Below, piece by piece: positions 48,975-59,063 of a stretch of DNA of 64,000 nt. The DNA is from Gammaproteobacteria bacterium (GTDB lineage: Bacteria; Pseudomonadota; Gammaproteobacteria; DSM-19610): positions 4,531-68,530 of the forward strand of contig JAPHQV010000030.1 of assembly GCA_026197075.1 (NCBI GenBank), read 5' to 3'. Made by a program: the position numbers and the translations under genes. The number at the start of each line of letters is the position of its first letter. Position 1 is the first letter of the stretch. The notes beneath the pieces were generated by a model. That model was not told the DNA's origin, searched no databases, and was given only the letters and a program-made list of their open reading frames with translations.

Positions 48975-49670
48975 ATGAGTAAAACCATCCTGGTCACCGG
49001 CAGTAATCGCGGCATCGGCCTGGAACTGGTGCGCCAGTACGCCAGCGCCGGCTGGCAGGTCCACGCCTGCTGCCGCGACCCGGAACAGGCAACAGAGCTT
49101 CATACCTTGGCAGCGGAAAACCATACAATCCACCTGCACCAACTGGATGTAACGGATCATGGACACATGACCAGCCTTGCCCGGGAATTGGATGGGCGAC
49201 CCATCGACCTGTTGTTCAATAACGCAGGCGTGTATGGCCAGGATGATGCCGTATTTGGTAATACCGACGAAAATCTCTGGTTGCGCGCCATGCTCATCAA
49301 TGTCATCGCCCCCATGAAGATGATGGAGGCGTTCGTCGGGCATGTGGCCGGCAGTCAACACAAGCTTATCGCTTGCCTGAGCAGCAAGATGGGCAGCATG
49401 GCGGATAATGGATCGGGGGGCAGCTATGTATATCGATCCTCCAAGGCCGCATTGAACGCGGTGTTGAAAAGTGCCGCCATCGACCTGCAACCCAGGGGGA
49501 TTCGTGTGGCCATACTCCATCCCGGCTGGGTCAAGACCGCCATGGGGGGCCCCCATGCCGAGATCTCCGCCACGGAAAGCGTGACCGCAATGCGCACCAT
49601 CCTGGCACGGATGAAACCAGAAGATACCGGCACCTTCTATGACATCGATGGCAGGGTCATCCCCTGGTGA
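48975..49670 (+). CDS. SDR family oxidoreductase
   Basis: TGSNRGIG cofactor motif and YRSSKAAL (YxxxK). Internal ATG at 48975. Confidence 0.88.
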   Translation: MSKTILVTGSNRGIGLELVRQYASAGWQVHACCRDPEQATELHTLAAENHTIHLHQLDVTDHGHMTSLARELDGRPIDLLFNNAGVYGQDDAVFGNTDENLWLRAMLINVIAPMKMMEAFVGHVAGSQHKLIACLSSKMGSMADNGSGGSYVYRSSKAALNAVLKSAAIDLQPRGIRVAILHPGWVKTAMGGPHAEISATESVTAMRTILARMKPEDTGTFYDIDGRVIPW

Positions 49671-49693
49671 GGCAGATGCGCTATCATGAGGTT

Positions 49694-50281
49694 ATGAAGC
49701 AGGCCACCATCATCTCCCTGGCGCTGCTAGCCATGTCGCCGGGCGGGTTGCTCGCCGCCGCCTTGACCACGGGCATCGACGAGCAGGCCCGGTTGCCCTA
49801 TTGGGAAATCCGCGACGAAGGCATGTCCCTGCGCCTGGTGCAGCGCATGCCGGACCAGAGCCGCGCCTTTTTCCTGGCCCGGGGCTTCAGTGCCGAGGAG
49901 GTGGAACAGGTCGCCGGGCGCTGCGTCTTCCAGACCGTATTCCGGAACATCTCCCATGAAGCACAACCCTCCCCACTCCACTACCGCCAGCAGGACTGGA
50001 CGGTTCAGCACCAGGACCGGGACGCCAGCATCCTCACACGCGAGGACTGGGCCAAACTCTGGGAACGCGAAGACGCGGCACCAGCGGCCCGCATTGCCTT
50101 CCAGTGGGCCCTGTTGCCGGCAGAACAGACCTACGAAGCCGGTGATTACAACTGGGGCATGACCATGATCGATCTCCCGCCCGGGAGCCGATTCACGCTC
50201 GAAGTAAGCTGGGAACAGTTCGGAGAGACCCGCACCTTCCTGATCGAGGATCTGCAATGCGCCAGCGACCAGCCCGTTTAA
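49694..50281 (+). CDS. secreted hypothetical protein
   Basis: MKQATIISLALLAMSPGGLLAAA signal peptide. No domain recognised. Confidence 0.5.
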   Translation: MKQATIISLALLAMSPGGLLAAALTTGIDEQARLPYWEIRDEGMSLRLVQRMPDQSRAFFLARGFSAEEVEQVAGRCVFQTVFRNISHEAQPSPLHYRQQDWTVQHQDRDASILTREDWAKLWEREDAAPAARIAFQWALLPAEQTYEAGDYNWGMTMIDLPPGSRFTLEVSWEQFGETRTFLIEDLQCASDQPV

Positions 50282-50802
50282 ACCTGGACGCCCTGCGCGT
50301 TTCTTGGGTACTGCTGTTCTCCGCCCTGGCCACACCGGTCCTGGCTCAATTCCCAACGTCGCAGACACTGCCCGCCTTTCTCGGCAAGCCCGCACCCGAG
50401 TTCACCCTGCCCGATACCGAAGGCCGCTCACACCAGTTATCCGACTATCGCGGCAAGGTGGTGGTGCTGAATTTCTGGGCCACCTGGTGCCCGCCCTGCC
50501 GCGAGGAAATGCCTGCCATGGAACGCCTGCACCAACTGGTCGGTGATGAGAACATTGCCGTGGTAGCGATCAACGTGGGAGAGGACGAGGACACCATTTT
50601 CCGTTTCACGGGCGACTATCCCGTGACTTTTCCCCTGCTGATGGACCTGGGTGGACGGATCGTCGAGGAATACCCCGTCATCGGTCTGCCTACCACCTAT
50701 ATCATCGACCCTGCGGGAGTCATCCGGCACCGGGCTGTCGGCACCCGTGAATGGGATGCGCCGGAGCTGGTGGAAGAGCTGCGCGCCCTGCAGAGGGAGT
50801 GA
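50257..50802 (+). CDS. TlpA/redoxin-family thiol:disulfide oxidoreductase
   Basis: Signal/anchor segment followed by NFWATWCPPCREEMP. Confidence 0.88.
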   Translation: MRQRPARLNLDALRVSWVLLFSALATPVLAQFPTSQTLPAFLGKPAPEFTLPDTEGRSHQLSDYRGKVVVLNFWATWCPPCREEMPAMERLHQLVGDENIAVVAINVGEDEDTIFRFTGDYPVTFPLLMDLGGRIVEEYPVIGLPTTYIIDPAGVIRHRAVGTREWDAPELVEELRALQRE

Positions 50803-50808
50803 TGCGTC

Positions 50809-51603
50809 ATGAAGGGCATCCTCTTCGACCTCGACGGGGTAATGTACCAGAGCAATGAAGCCATTCCCGGCGCCCTGCAGGCCCTCCATTGGGTACAGGA
50901 ACGAGACATTCCGTATTGCTTTGTAACCAATACGACTTCGAAACCTCGATCCGCTATCGTAGATAAGCTTGCCGGCATGGGGATCACGACAACGGCGGAC
51001 CGCATCGTCAGCCCTCCCCGGGCGGCCGCGCACTGGCTGCGCACCCACAACCGGGGCCCCGTGGCACTGTTCGTGCCGGAAGCCACACAGGTGGAATTCG
51101 CCGATCTTCAGCAATGGGACGAAACCATCCATCAGCCTGCCAGCGCCGTAGTGGTGGGAGATCTCGGCACGGAATGGAGTTTTGCCCGTCTGAACCAGGC
51201 CTTCACCTGCCTCATGCAGGAGCCCAGACCCGTCCTGATCGCCCTGGGCATGACCCGCTATTGGAAGGCACCTGGCGGACTGCAACTGGACACCGGTCCA
51301 TTCGTGGCGGCACTGGAATATGCCACCGGCCTGGCAGCCAGGGTATTTGGCAAGCCGGCACCCACTTTTTTCCAGGTCGCAGCAGACACCCTCGGACTGG
51401 AACCAGGGGAATTGTTGATGATCGGCGACGATATCCGCGGCGATGTGGAAGGAGCCCAAGAAGCCGGATTGAAGGCCGTACTGGTCAAAACCGGAAAATT
51501 CAGGCCAGAGGACCTGCAAGGAAAGGTGCGGCCTGATGCGGTACTGGAGTCCGTGGCCGAGTTACCGGCTTGGTGGGGAAAAGAGGTGCAAGGGCAGGCC
51601 TAG
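50809..51603 (+). CDS. HAD-IIA family hydrolase
   Basis: ILFDLDGVMY (DxDG), TNTTSK, and the C-terminal GDDIRGDVEGA motif. Confidence 0.85.
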   Translation: MKGILFDLDGVMYQSNEAIPGALQALHWVQERDIPYCFVTNTTSKPRSAIVDKLAGMGITTTADRIVSPPRAAAHWLRTHNRGPVALFVPEATQVEFADLQQWDETIHQPASAVVVGDLGTEWSFARLNQAFTCLMQEPRPVLIALGMTRYWKAPGGLQLDTGPFVAALEYATGLAARVFGKPAPTFFQVAADTLGLEPGELLMIGDDIRGDVEGAQEAGLKAVLVKTGKFRPEDLQGKVRPDAVLESVAELPAWWGKEVQGQA

Positions 51604-51618
51604 CCTGGCCTGCCTTGC
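51588..51618. terminator. hairpin between the convergent HAD hydrolase and adk genes
   Basis: gcaagggcaggcc / ggcctgccttgc arms with one bulge, spanning the HAD stop codon. No clear U-tract. Confidence 0.35.
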
Positions 51619-51626
51619 GAACGGAA

Positions 51627-52280
51627 CTACATACCGAGCTTCTGCTTGATGGCTGCAACCACGGCATCGCTGGAAGTGGCATTCACTTTCATCAGCTGTC
51701 CCTGCTTCTCGTAGAAGGAGGCCAGGGGGGCGGTCTTTTCGTTGTAGGTATCAAGGCGCTTGCTGATGGCTTCTTCGGTTTCATCATCCCGCTGGATCAC
51801 CGGGCTGCCACACTTGTCACACACGCCTTCCACCTTGGGCGGCTTGCTCTTGACGTTGTAGATTTCCTGGCAATCGGAATTGGAACAGGTGCGGCGGGTG
51901 GTCAGGCGATCAAGGATGACATCGCGTGGCACAACCAGATCCACCACGGCATCGAGCTTGATGTTCAGTTTGTCCAGCAACTTGTTCAGGGCTTCAGCCT
52001 GGGGGATGGTACGTGGGAAACCATCGAGCAGGAAGCCGTTGGCGCAATCGGGCTGCTGCAAGCGTTCTTCCATGATACCCATGATCAGGTCATCGGGAAC
52101 CAGGTCTCCGGCCTTCATAAAGGCCTGCGCCTTTTTACCCAACTCGGTTCCATCCTTCACGGCGCCGCGCAGAATGTCACCAGTGGAAATCTGCACCGAA
52201 CCATCAAGGGCCGTCAGCAACTTGGAAACCGTGCCCTTGCCCGCGCCCGGGGCGCCTAACAGAATCAACTTCACAATCAT
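51627..52280 (-). CDS. adk: adenylate kinase, Cys4 (zinc-lid) type
   Basis: LILLGAPGAGKGT, ISTGDILR, GFLLDGFPRT. The lid has C-x4-C ... C-x2-C. The true start may be the GTG at 52274, because GGAG lies only about 2 nt from the ATG at 52280. Confidence 0.88.
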   Translation of the reverse strand: MIVKLILLGAPGAGKGTVSKLLTALDGSVQISTGDILRGAVKDGTELGKKAQAFMKAGDLVPDDLIMGIMEERLQQPDCANGFLLDGFPRTIPQAEALNKLLDKLNIKLDAVVDLVVPRDVILDRLTTRRTCSNSDCQEIYNVKSKPPKVEGVCDKCGSPVIQRDDETEEAISKRLDTYNEKTAPLASFYEKQGQLMKVNATSSDAVVAAIKQKLGM

Positions 52281-52472
52281 TCTCCTTTTGGTTAACTGCT
52301 AATGTCTTGTTTTGACAAACCCGAAACACAACGTCCCGGGACAGGCAGGGGGGCATTTTGGCGCATTCGCGGGCAAGGTTCAAATCCGGGCAAAACATGA
52401 GGCGGATCAAGTAATCAGGCAGGAACGAACGAAGGCGGCACCAGGCCGCCTTCGTCACATGACACCGGGAAT

Positions 52473-53576
52473 TTAGCGCAAACGCTTGCGCAACTTTTCC
52501 AGGGCCTCGTCCTTGCCCATGCGCAACAGGCGATTGGCCAGTGACATGAAAGGCAGTGCCAGGCGCACAAGGAGCCCCTGCAGGGGGTTGAGGCGCAACG
52601 CCTGTTGTTCTGCCAGACGTTGCCGCTCGCGCTCCTCCGCCATGAGCCTTGCCTTGGTGCGCAATTCCTCGCAGATGCGGGCCTCTTCCTCGGCCTGGCG
52701 CGCTGCCACTTCCGCGGCGAGGCGTTCCTGCTCCGCCTGTTCGGCGGCCTGGCGCGCTGCCGCCTCGGCCCGGCGTGCAGCCTCCTGTTCCTCGCGGATG
52801 CGCCGCGCTTCGTCCTCTTCCCTCTGGCGGCGGGCTTCCGCCTCGGCGGCCTGGAGGCGCGCCGCCTCCTCGACCTGACGGCACCGTTCTTCCTCTGCCA
52901 GGCGCGCAGCTTCCTGTTCTTCCCGGATACGTTGAGCCTCGGCCTCTTCCTTCTGGCGGTGGGCTTCCGCCTCGGCGGCCTCGCGAAGTGCCAGGGCTTC
53001 CTCCGCCTGCCGCGCGGCTTCCTGTTCCTCACGAATACGGCATGCCTCTGCAGCGGCGGCCTGATCCACGACCGGTGCCTCCTCCACGGGGCGTGCTTCC
53101 GGTGCTTCCGGTGTTTCCGCAACCGCAGCCATCACGACAGCCGGCGTCGTATCCACCGCCAGCAGGGAACGGGTGCGGGCAATGATTTCATCGCTTTTGA
53201 AGGGCTTGCCGACCAGGTCCGTGGCGCCATGACCACGTACTTCCTCCAGCAAACCGCCAAGATCCCCTTCCTTACCGGTAATGACAATGAAAGGCAGCGC
53301 GCGAACATGTGCGTCATCGGATCCGCGCACCCGCGCCAACAAGCCATAGCCATCCAGGTTGGGCATTGAGAGATCACTGAAAATGCAGGCAATCGCCGGG
53401 TCTTCCATGAGCCGGCCCCAGGCATCCTCGCCGTCGACAGCCTCGATGAGCTCGAATTCGTCCTTGAGAATCTTCTTGATGGCGACTCGCATGAGTCGTG
53501 AGTCATCGACAATCAGCACCGTCGGCCGAGCGGTCCTCGTGGATGAATCGGGCAACGATATCGCATTGTTTTTCAT
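52473..53576 (-). CDS. response regulator (REC) with a long Glu/Ala/Arg-rich repeat tail
   Basis: Canonical REC (LIVDDS ... FSDLSMP ... VITGK ... GKPF). About 220 aa of RIREEQEAAR-type repeats follow, then an amphipathic C-terminus. Confidence 0.85.
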   Translation of the reverse strand: MKNNAISLPDSSTRTARPTVLIVDDSRLMRVAIKKILKDEFELIEAVDGEDAWGRLMEDPAIACIFSDLSMPNLDGYGLLARVRGSDDAHVRALPFIVITGKEGDLGGLLEEVRGHGATDLVGKPFKSDEIIARTRSLLAVDTTPAVVMAAVAETPEAPEARPVEEAPVVDQAAAAEACRIREEQEAARQAEEALALREAAEAEAHRQKEEAEAQRIREEQEAARLAEEERCRQVEEAARLQAAEAEARRQREEDEARRIREEQEAARRAEAAARQAAEQAEQERLAAEVAARQAEEEARICEELRTKARLMAEERERQRLAEQQALRLNPLQGLLVRLALPFMSLANRLLRMGKDEALEKLRKRLR

Positions 53577-53747
53577 GAGAACTCCTCGAATCTGACCGGT
53601 GCGGTTCCGGGTCGATGCTTCCCCTCACACCATAGCGGTCCGACGCGCGGAAACTTTATGTGACGCGGTTCACGAAACAGTAAAGGGTTGAATATGAGGC
53701 CCAAATCGCGCTGCCCCCCCCCGCAGGGCCGGGGCGGGTGTGCCCCG

Positions 53748-54209
53748 CTAGCCTTCCACCCGCCAACTGCCATCCGGCTGCCGACAGGCCGTGCCATAGA
53801 CCTTCTCCACCCGACCGCCGATCATGGCGTCGATGCTGTACTCGCGGCAGGGACCCGAGGTGGTTTCATAGGTGCGGGTGGGAACCACGCTGTAGCTGTT
53901 TCCCGTATCGGGATTGCGCCACTGGGCAGGTACGCCGGTGCGCACCGTCTCCAGGGTTTGCGCGGTTTTCATGCGGTCCACCTCGTCCATGGAGCGACCC
54001 ACCGAGCCACCGATGGCCGCGCCAGCCAGGGTGCCGGCAATGATGGCGGCGGTTCGCCCCCTTCCCCCGCCCACCTCGGAACCCAGCACACCGCCCAGGA
54101 TACCGCCGATCACCATGCCGGCCTGTTCCTGCTGACCCTGATAGGTGGCGCAACCCGCCAGGGAAATCAGCGTTGCCATTGTCACGGGCACCAATATGTT
54201 CCTCGTCAT
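53748..54209 (-). CDS. lipoprotein with a glycine-zipper segment (17-kDa surface-antigen-like)
   Basis: Lipobox LISLAGC. GGILGGVLGSEVGGG...IIAGTLAGAAIGG. Confidence 0.75.
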   Translation of the reverse strand: MTRNILVPVTMATLISLAGCATYQGQQEQAGMVIGGILGGVLGSEVGGGRGRTAAIIAGTLAGAAIGGSVGRSMDEVDRMKTAQTLETVRTGVPAQWRNPDTGNSYSVVPTRTYETTSGPCREYSIDAMIGGRVEKVYGTACRQPDGSWRVEG

Positions 54210-54295
54210 GACCCCATCTCCTCAAATTTGAAAAAAGATCCATAGCCCATCCATGGAATATAGGACAGACTCCCGCTCCTGCGCAGTACATTCAT

Positions 54296-54733
54296 CTATA
54301 ACAGCACATTCACCTGCGCACGCAGTTCATCCGGCGACTGCTGAATCAGGTTCTTGTCCAGGCTCTCCACCAGCACCTTGGCCAAGGGACCCTTCATCTC
54401 GGCCCGCAACTTGCCCAGCATGGCGGCGGGCGCCACGAGGACGAACTGGTCGAACACCCCCTGCTTGCGATCCTCTTCCAGACGCTCCACCAGGCGCTTG
54501 GCGAACTGGATACGCGCCTCCTCCTGGGCCGTGGTGGGTGGTTCGTAGGCATGCAATCCATGCCCGGAGGGGGTTCGTGAACTGCCGGGCCGATCACTCA
54601 CGAGTTCACCCTCCTGCAAACGCCCGTCCTGTGAAGCGAAATCCTCCACTTCACGCAGTGGCGCCTTGGGTGTATCGGCGATGAACAGCCGTGCCCGGCT
54701 GCTGTCCGCTACCAGTATCATGGTTTTCGTCAT
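54296..54733 (-). CDS. host-attachment-protein-like family protein
   Basis: Internal ATG at 54733 (GGAGG upstream). MTKTMILVADSSRARLF... resembles the family N-terminus as I recall it. Confidence 0.55.
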   Translation of the reverse strand: MTKTMILVADSSRARLFIADTPKAPLREVEDFASQDGRLQEGELVSDRPGSSRTPSGHGLHAYEPPTTAQEEARIQFAKRLVERLEEDRKQGVFDQFVLVAPAAMLGKLRAEMKGPLAKVLVESLDKNLIQQSPDELRAQVNVLL

Positions 54734-55091
54734 GGTTCTGCCTCCCTCTGGCACTTTTCTGTATCCACTAAGATAACAATATGCACCTACCCGGGGTAAA
54801 GCCATGACGGTGATCATGATTTCTTCTGAGCACCGCTGCCGCTGATGCCACCCTGCTTTTACCGCGTTTATTTCCTGGCTTGCCAGCACCATCCCTCGCC
54901 TCCACGAACGCCAGCCCTGTTTCGCGATGTTGATCAGGTAAAAACCATGATGAAACAATCAGTACGCGCAGGTCCCGGCAAGGGAAGCGTCCAGGCCACC
55001 CGTCAGGATGAGCCCATGCGGTGCAGGACCATGCGAAATCTCGGGCGCTACGGTACTATAGCGGGATAAATCACTCTGGCCACCTCCCGCC

Positions 55092-56486
55092 ATGACCGGC
55101 ACATCCCCCCGTAAACAACAACGTGACCTCGTTTACGGCTTCGTTGCAGTCATCGTCATCCTGTTCTCCCTGTCGGTCTTCGTCCTGACCTACATGACCC
55201 ACATCAGTCACCACCTGGCCGGGGTACTGGAAACCCAGCGACATAAGTCCCTACAGGTTTCCACCATGCGCGATGCCATGCGCAAGCGGCAGGTAGAGCT
55301 TCGCGACATGGTAATCGAAGACGATCCCTTTACCCGGGATACCGCCTGGGAAGGTTACTTCCATGCCGCCAGCGACTTTATAAAGGCACGGGAATCCCTC
55401 CAGAACACGGGCCTCAACCCGCAGGAAAAAGCCGCGCTGGAAAAATTGATGGATCGCGCCTACGAGGCCTATCTGAAACAGCAGCGCGTCATAAATCTGG
55501 TTCGTGAAAACTTCAGCGGACCCGAGATCATCACCTTGCTCAATGAAGCCATCGAATCCCAGGACCTGGCCATGAGCAAGATGGATACGCTCATGCAACT
55601 GCAGCGGTCGGCTGCGCAACAGGCCATTGACGACATCAACCACCGCTACCGCAATACCCTGCTCTTCCTGCCCGCCGCCGGCTTCCTGTTCCTCCTGGCT
55701 GGCATGACCATCGCCTGGATCGCGCTCAAGCGTGACCACGCCGCCAGCCAGGAACTTGCCCAATATCGTGATCACCTGCAGGAACTGGTAACGGATCGTA
55801 CCCGGCAGCTGGAACACATGGTCTCGGAAGCGGAGAGTTTTTCCTACACCCTTGCCCATGACCTGCGCCAACCCCTGCGTGGTCTGGATGGCTACAGTTA
55901 CATCCTGCTGGAAGAGCACGGCAAGGCACTGAACCAGGAGGCCAGGTACATGCTCGGCAGGATACGCCTCGGAACCCAGCGCATCGGGGACCTGCTGGAC
56001 GGCATGCTGACCCTCACCAGCCTGAGTCACAGCACCCCCAACCGCATAGATTTCAACCTGGCCGAGCTGTGCCGCCTGATCAGCGAGCAACTGAGCCTGG
56101 AACACCCGGAACGCCTACTGTGCTGGGACATCGAGCCCGAGATGCCCGTACACGCGGACTACAAGCTGCTGCGCATAGCCATGGAAAACCTGTTGGGAAA
56201 CAGTGTGAAATTCACCGCTGGCCGACAGCCGGCGCACATTTCCGTGCACACGCTAAACACGGAAGGCAAGACCTTCTACGTCGTGGAGGACGACGGGGCC
56301 GGGTTCGACATGCAATACGCCGACAAACTGTTTCAACCCTTCGAACGCCTGCACGGCGTCAATGAATTCGATGGCACCGGCATCGGCCTGGCAACCGTGG
56401 CCCGGATCATGGCACGTCACCAAGGCCAGATCTGGGCGGAATCCAGCCCTGGCGCGGGTGCACGCTTCTACTTCACCCTCGGGTGA
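55092..56486 (+). CDS. membrane sensor histidine kinase
   Basis: Two TM segments around a helical sensor region. H-box [29 protein letters not shown]. Confidence 0.88.
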   Translation: MTGTSPRKQQRDLVYGFVAVIVILFSLSVFVLTYMTHISHHLAGVLETQRHKSLQVSTMRDAMRKRQVELRDMVIEDDPFTRDTAWEGYFHAASDFIKARESLQNTGLNPQEKAALEKLMDRAYEAYLKQQRVINLVRENFSGPEIITLLNEAIESQDLAMSKMDTLMQLQRSAAQQAIDDINHRYRNTLLFLPAAGFLFLLAGMTIAWIALKRDHAASQELAQYRDHLQELVTDRTRQLEHMVSEAESFSYTLAHDLRQPLRGLDGYSYILLEEHGKALNQEARYMLGRIRLGTQRIGDLLDGMLTLTSLSHSTPNRIDFNLAELCRLISEQLSLEHPERLLCWDIEPEMPVHADYKLLRIAMENLLGNSVKFTAGRQPAHISVHTLNTEGKTFYVVEDDGAGFDMQYADKLFQPFERLHGVNEFDGTGIGLATVARIMARHQGQIWAESSPGAGARFYFTLG

Positions 56487-56499
56487 GTTCCTGTTGCGC

Positions 56500-57165
56500 A
56501 TGCCAGCCGCTTCCCCCCCCTTCCATCACTATCAGCCTCCCTCGCACAGGGGGCTCGATATCCTCTACCAGGACACGGACCTGTTGGCGGTGAACAAGCC
56601 ACCCGGCCTCTTGAGCGTGCCTGGTCGCGGCCCCGACCGGCAGGACTGCCAGTCGGGAAGAGCGCAGGCAGAATTCCCCGCTGCCCGCATCGTGCACCGG
56701 CTGGACATGGAAACCTCGGGCCTGCTGCTGTTTGCTTTGCATGCCGAGGCCCAACGCCGACTGGGTTTACAATTCGAACGGCGCGAGGTGCACAAGGAAT
56801 ATATCGCCGTGGTGCGCGGCCGGCTGCCCCATGTCGCCGGCAGCATCGATCTGCCCTTGTGCAGCGACTGGCCCAACCGTCCCAGACAAAAGGTGGACTT
56901 CCTGCACGGCAAGGCTGCGCTGACCCACTATCGATGCCTCGAACAGCCCGCCGACGGCACTACGCGACTCTTGCTGAACCCGGTAACCGGGCGCTCGCAC
57001 CAGCTGCGCGTACACCTTATGCACCTGGGGCACCCCATCCTCGGGGACCGGCTCTATGGCGAAGTTGGCTGTACAGAGCGTCTCTTGCTACATGCACGCA
57101 CCCTGGTCTTCACCCATCCAGGCACTGGCCGTACGCTACACCTCGATTGCCCGCCCGATTTCTGA
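56500..57165 (+). CDS. RluA-family pseudouridine synthase
   Basis: LAVNKPPGLLSVPG, HRLDMETSGLLLFA, TGRSHQLRVH. Internal ATG at 56500. Confidence 0.88.
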   Translation: MPAASPPFHHYQPPSHRGLDILYQDTDLLAVNKPPGLLSVPGRGPDRQDCQSGRAQAEFPAARIVHRLDMETSGLLLFALHAEAQRRLGLQFERREVHKEYIAVVRGRLPHVAGSIDLPLCSDWPNRPRQKVDFLHGKAALTHYRCLEQPADGTTRLLLNPVTGRSHQLRVHLMHLGHPILGDRLYGEVGCTERLLLHARTLVFTHPGTGRTLHLDCPPDF

Positions 57166-57180
57166 AGCTGTCGGCCTCTC

Positions 57181-57918
57181 ATGACGCTCGCCACCCTCGT
57201 CATCACCCTGACCATCCTGCTAGCGGCCTATTTCATCCGCGGCATCACCGGTTTCGGCTCGGGCCTCATCGCGGTACCTCTGCTTGCACATTTTCTCCCG
57301 TTGCAGTTCGTGGTGCCCCTGTGCCTGATGCTGGATTTCAGCGCCTCGCTGGTACTGAGCCGGCATGGTCGCCACCAGGTGCGCTGGGATGAAATCCGCC
57401 CGCTGTTACCCTTCACGGTGATCGGTATCGTGCTCGGTGCGTTCCTGCTATTGAAACTGCCACGCGAACCCCTGCTGACGAGCCTGGGACTGTTCGTGAT
57501 GCTGTTCGGATTGCGCTATGTATTCAATATCCATGGGGAACACGGTATTTCACGCCTGTGGGCCATGCCGGCGGGGCTGCTGGGCGGGATGATCGGAGCC
57601 CTGTTCGGCACGGGGGGGCCGCCCTACGTGATCTACCTCACCCACCGCCTGCATGACAAGTTCGAACTGCGGGCGACATTTTCCGGACTGTTCCTGCTGG
57701 AAGGTGCCCTGCGCATCGTCACCTTCCTGCTGGCCGGCCTGCTGCTGCAGGCGGAGCTGTTCCAGACCCTGCTGCTGGCCATGCCGGTCATGGCGCTGGG
57801 CCTGTACCTGGGCAACAAGGTCCACATCGGCATCGGCCAGCGAGACATGATCCTGCTCATCGGGCTGCTACTGGTGATCAGCGGCGCTTCGCTGTTATGG
57901 CGGGCCTGGAGTCCTTGA
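57181..57918 (+). CDS. sulfite exporter TauE/SafE family membrane protein
   Basis: 245 aa polytopic protein. ITGFGSGLIAVPLL and a GALFGTGGPPYV repeat. Confidence 0.85.
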   Translation: MTLATLVITLTILLAAYFIRGITGFGSGLIAVPLLAHFLPLQFVVPLCLMLDFSASLVLSRHGRHQVRWDEIRPLLPFTVIGIVLGAFLLLKLPREPLLTSLGLFVMLFGLRYVFNIHGEHGISRLWAMPAGLLGGMIGALFGTGGPPYVIYLTHRLHDKFELRATFSGLFLLEGALRIVTFLLAGLLLQAELFQTLLLAMPVMALGLYLGNKVHIGIGQRDMILLIGLLLVISGASLLWRAWSP

Positions 57919-57933
57919 GATGCCAGGGAATCC

Positions 57934-58176
57934 CTAGGTGGCCCCCCCGGAGCAGGGCAGTTCCGGTCCCAGTATGCAATCGACCAGGGTAAAGCCATGG
58001 TCTTCCAGGGCATCGGCCAATTCCTCCCAGCCACAGCCGGGACTGGCTTCCTGCGTCCTGGCAATGATACCGGTGACGTGGCGGTAGACCTCGTGTTCCT
58101 CGAAATCCTCCGGCACACTCACCAGGCGGATCTGTTCGAAGACGGGGCTGGGCAGAATCATCAGTCGGGTCGACAT
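57934..58176 (-). CDS. hypothetical small acidic protein
   Basis: 80 aa with GGAG upstream. No domain recognised. Confidence 0.45.
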   Translation of the reverse strand: MSTRLMILPSPVFEQIRLVSVPEDFEEHEVYRHVTGIIARTQEASPGCGWEELADALEDHGFTLVDCILGPELPCSGGAT

Positions 58177-58192
58177 GGGGTACTCCGGTTTC

Positions 58193-59056
58193 TCATTCGA
58201 GCAATGAACGCAACGATTGGATACGCTGGAGCTCCGCCTCGCTCAGGCGGGGATATTCGAGCTCCAGTTGTTGCAGGCTGGCAGTGATGATCTCCGCCAC
58301 GCAAAGACGCATGTAGTCCTTGTCGTCGGCCGGGATCACATACCATGGGGCCCAGGGTCGGGCGGTATTGGCAATCGCCTCCTGGTAGGCCTCCATGTAG
58401 GCATCCCAGTGCTGGCGTTCCCGCACATCGGATTCGGAAAATTTCCAGTTCTTTTCCGGCTCGTCGATGCGTGAAAGGAAACGTTTGCGCTGTTCCTTAT
58501 GCGAGATATTCAGCCAGAATTTCAGAATCAGGGTACCGCTGCGCGCCAGGTGCTGCTCATGGCAGCGGATGGATTCATAACGTTCCTGCCAGAGCTGCCG
58601 CAGGGACGCAGGCCCTGGAAGTCGCTGTTGGTCCAGGTATTCGGGGTGTACCCGCACTACCAGCACTTCCTCGTAATAGCTGCGGTTGAAGATCCCGATG
58701 TTGCCCCGCTCCGGCAGGCAGCGGCTGGTGCGCCAGAGAAAGTCGTGGTTCAGTTCCAGCGGGCTTGGCTGTTTGAAAGAGAACACATGACAGCCGGCGG
58801 GATCGATCCCGCGCATGACGGCCCGGATGGTGCCATCCTTACCTGCGGCATCCATGGCCTGAAAAATCAGCAACAGGGCATGGCGCTGATGCGCATAGAG
58901 CCGCCGTTGATGCTCATCCAGGACGCCGATACAGGTCTCGAGCCCTTCCCGCGCGGCCTTTTTTCCCGGCGCCCCCTTGGGTGGCCGGGTGGAAAAATCC
59001 TCGCAACGGAAACTACCGTCGACCGGGGCAAGAAAAGGGCTTTCCACCGGACCCAT
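58193..59056 (-). CDS. polyphosphate kinase 2 (PPK2) family protein
   Basis: LLLIFQAMDAAGKDGTIRAV Walker-A-like PPK2 motif. I prefer ATG 59056 to the GTG at 59077, which overlaps the upstream gene. Confidence 0.85.
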   Translation of the reverse strand: MGPVESPFLAPVDGSFRCEDFSTRPPKGAPGKKAAREGLETCIGVLDEHQRRLYAHQRHALLLIFQAMDAAGKDGTIRAVMRGIDPAGCHVFSFKQPSPLELNHDFLWRTSRCLPERGNIGIFNRSYYEEVLVVRVHPEYLDQQRLPGPASLRQLWQERYESIRCHEQHLARSGTLILKFWLNISHKEQRKRFLSRIDEPEKNWKFSESDVRERQHWDAYMEAYQEAIANTARPWAPWYVIPADDKDYMRLCVAEIITASLQQLELEYPRLSEAELQRIQSLRSLLE

Positions 59057-59063
59057 CCTGCGC

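Noticed and set aside
52204-53185. Long Pro/Arg/Gly-rich ORFs (52204..52884 -, 52415..53122 -, 52649..53185 +, 52605..53369 +) overlapping the response-regulator gene.
   Set aside because: They are alternative-frame readings of the GC-rich tandem repeat that encodes the Glu/Ala/Arg tail. Only the 52473..53576 frame has a recognisable receiver domain and an RBS.
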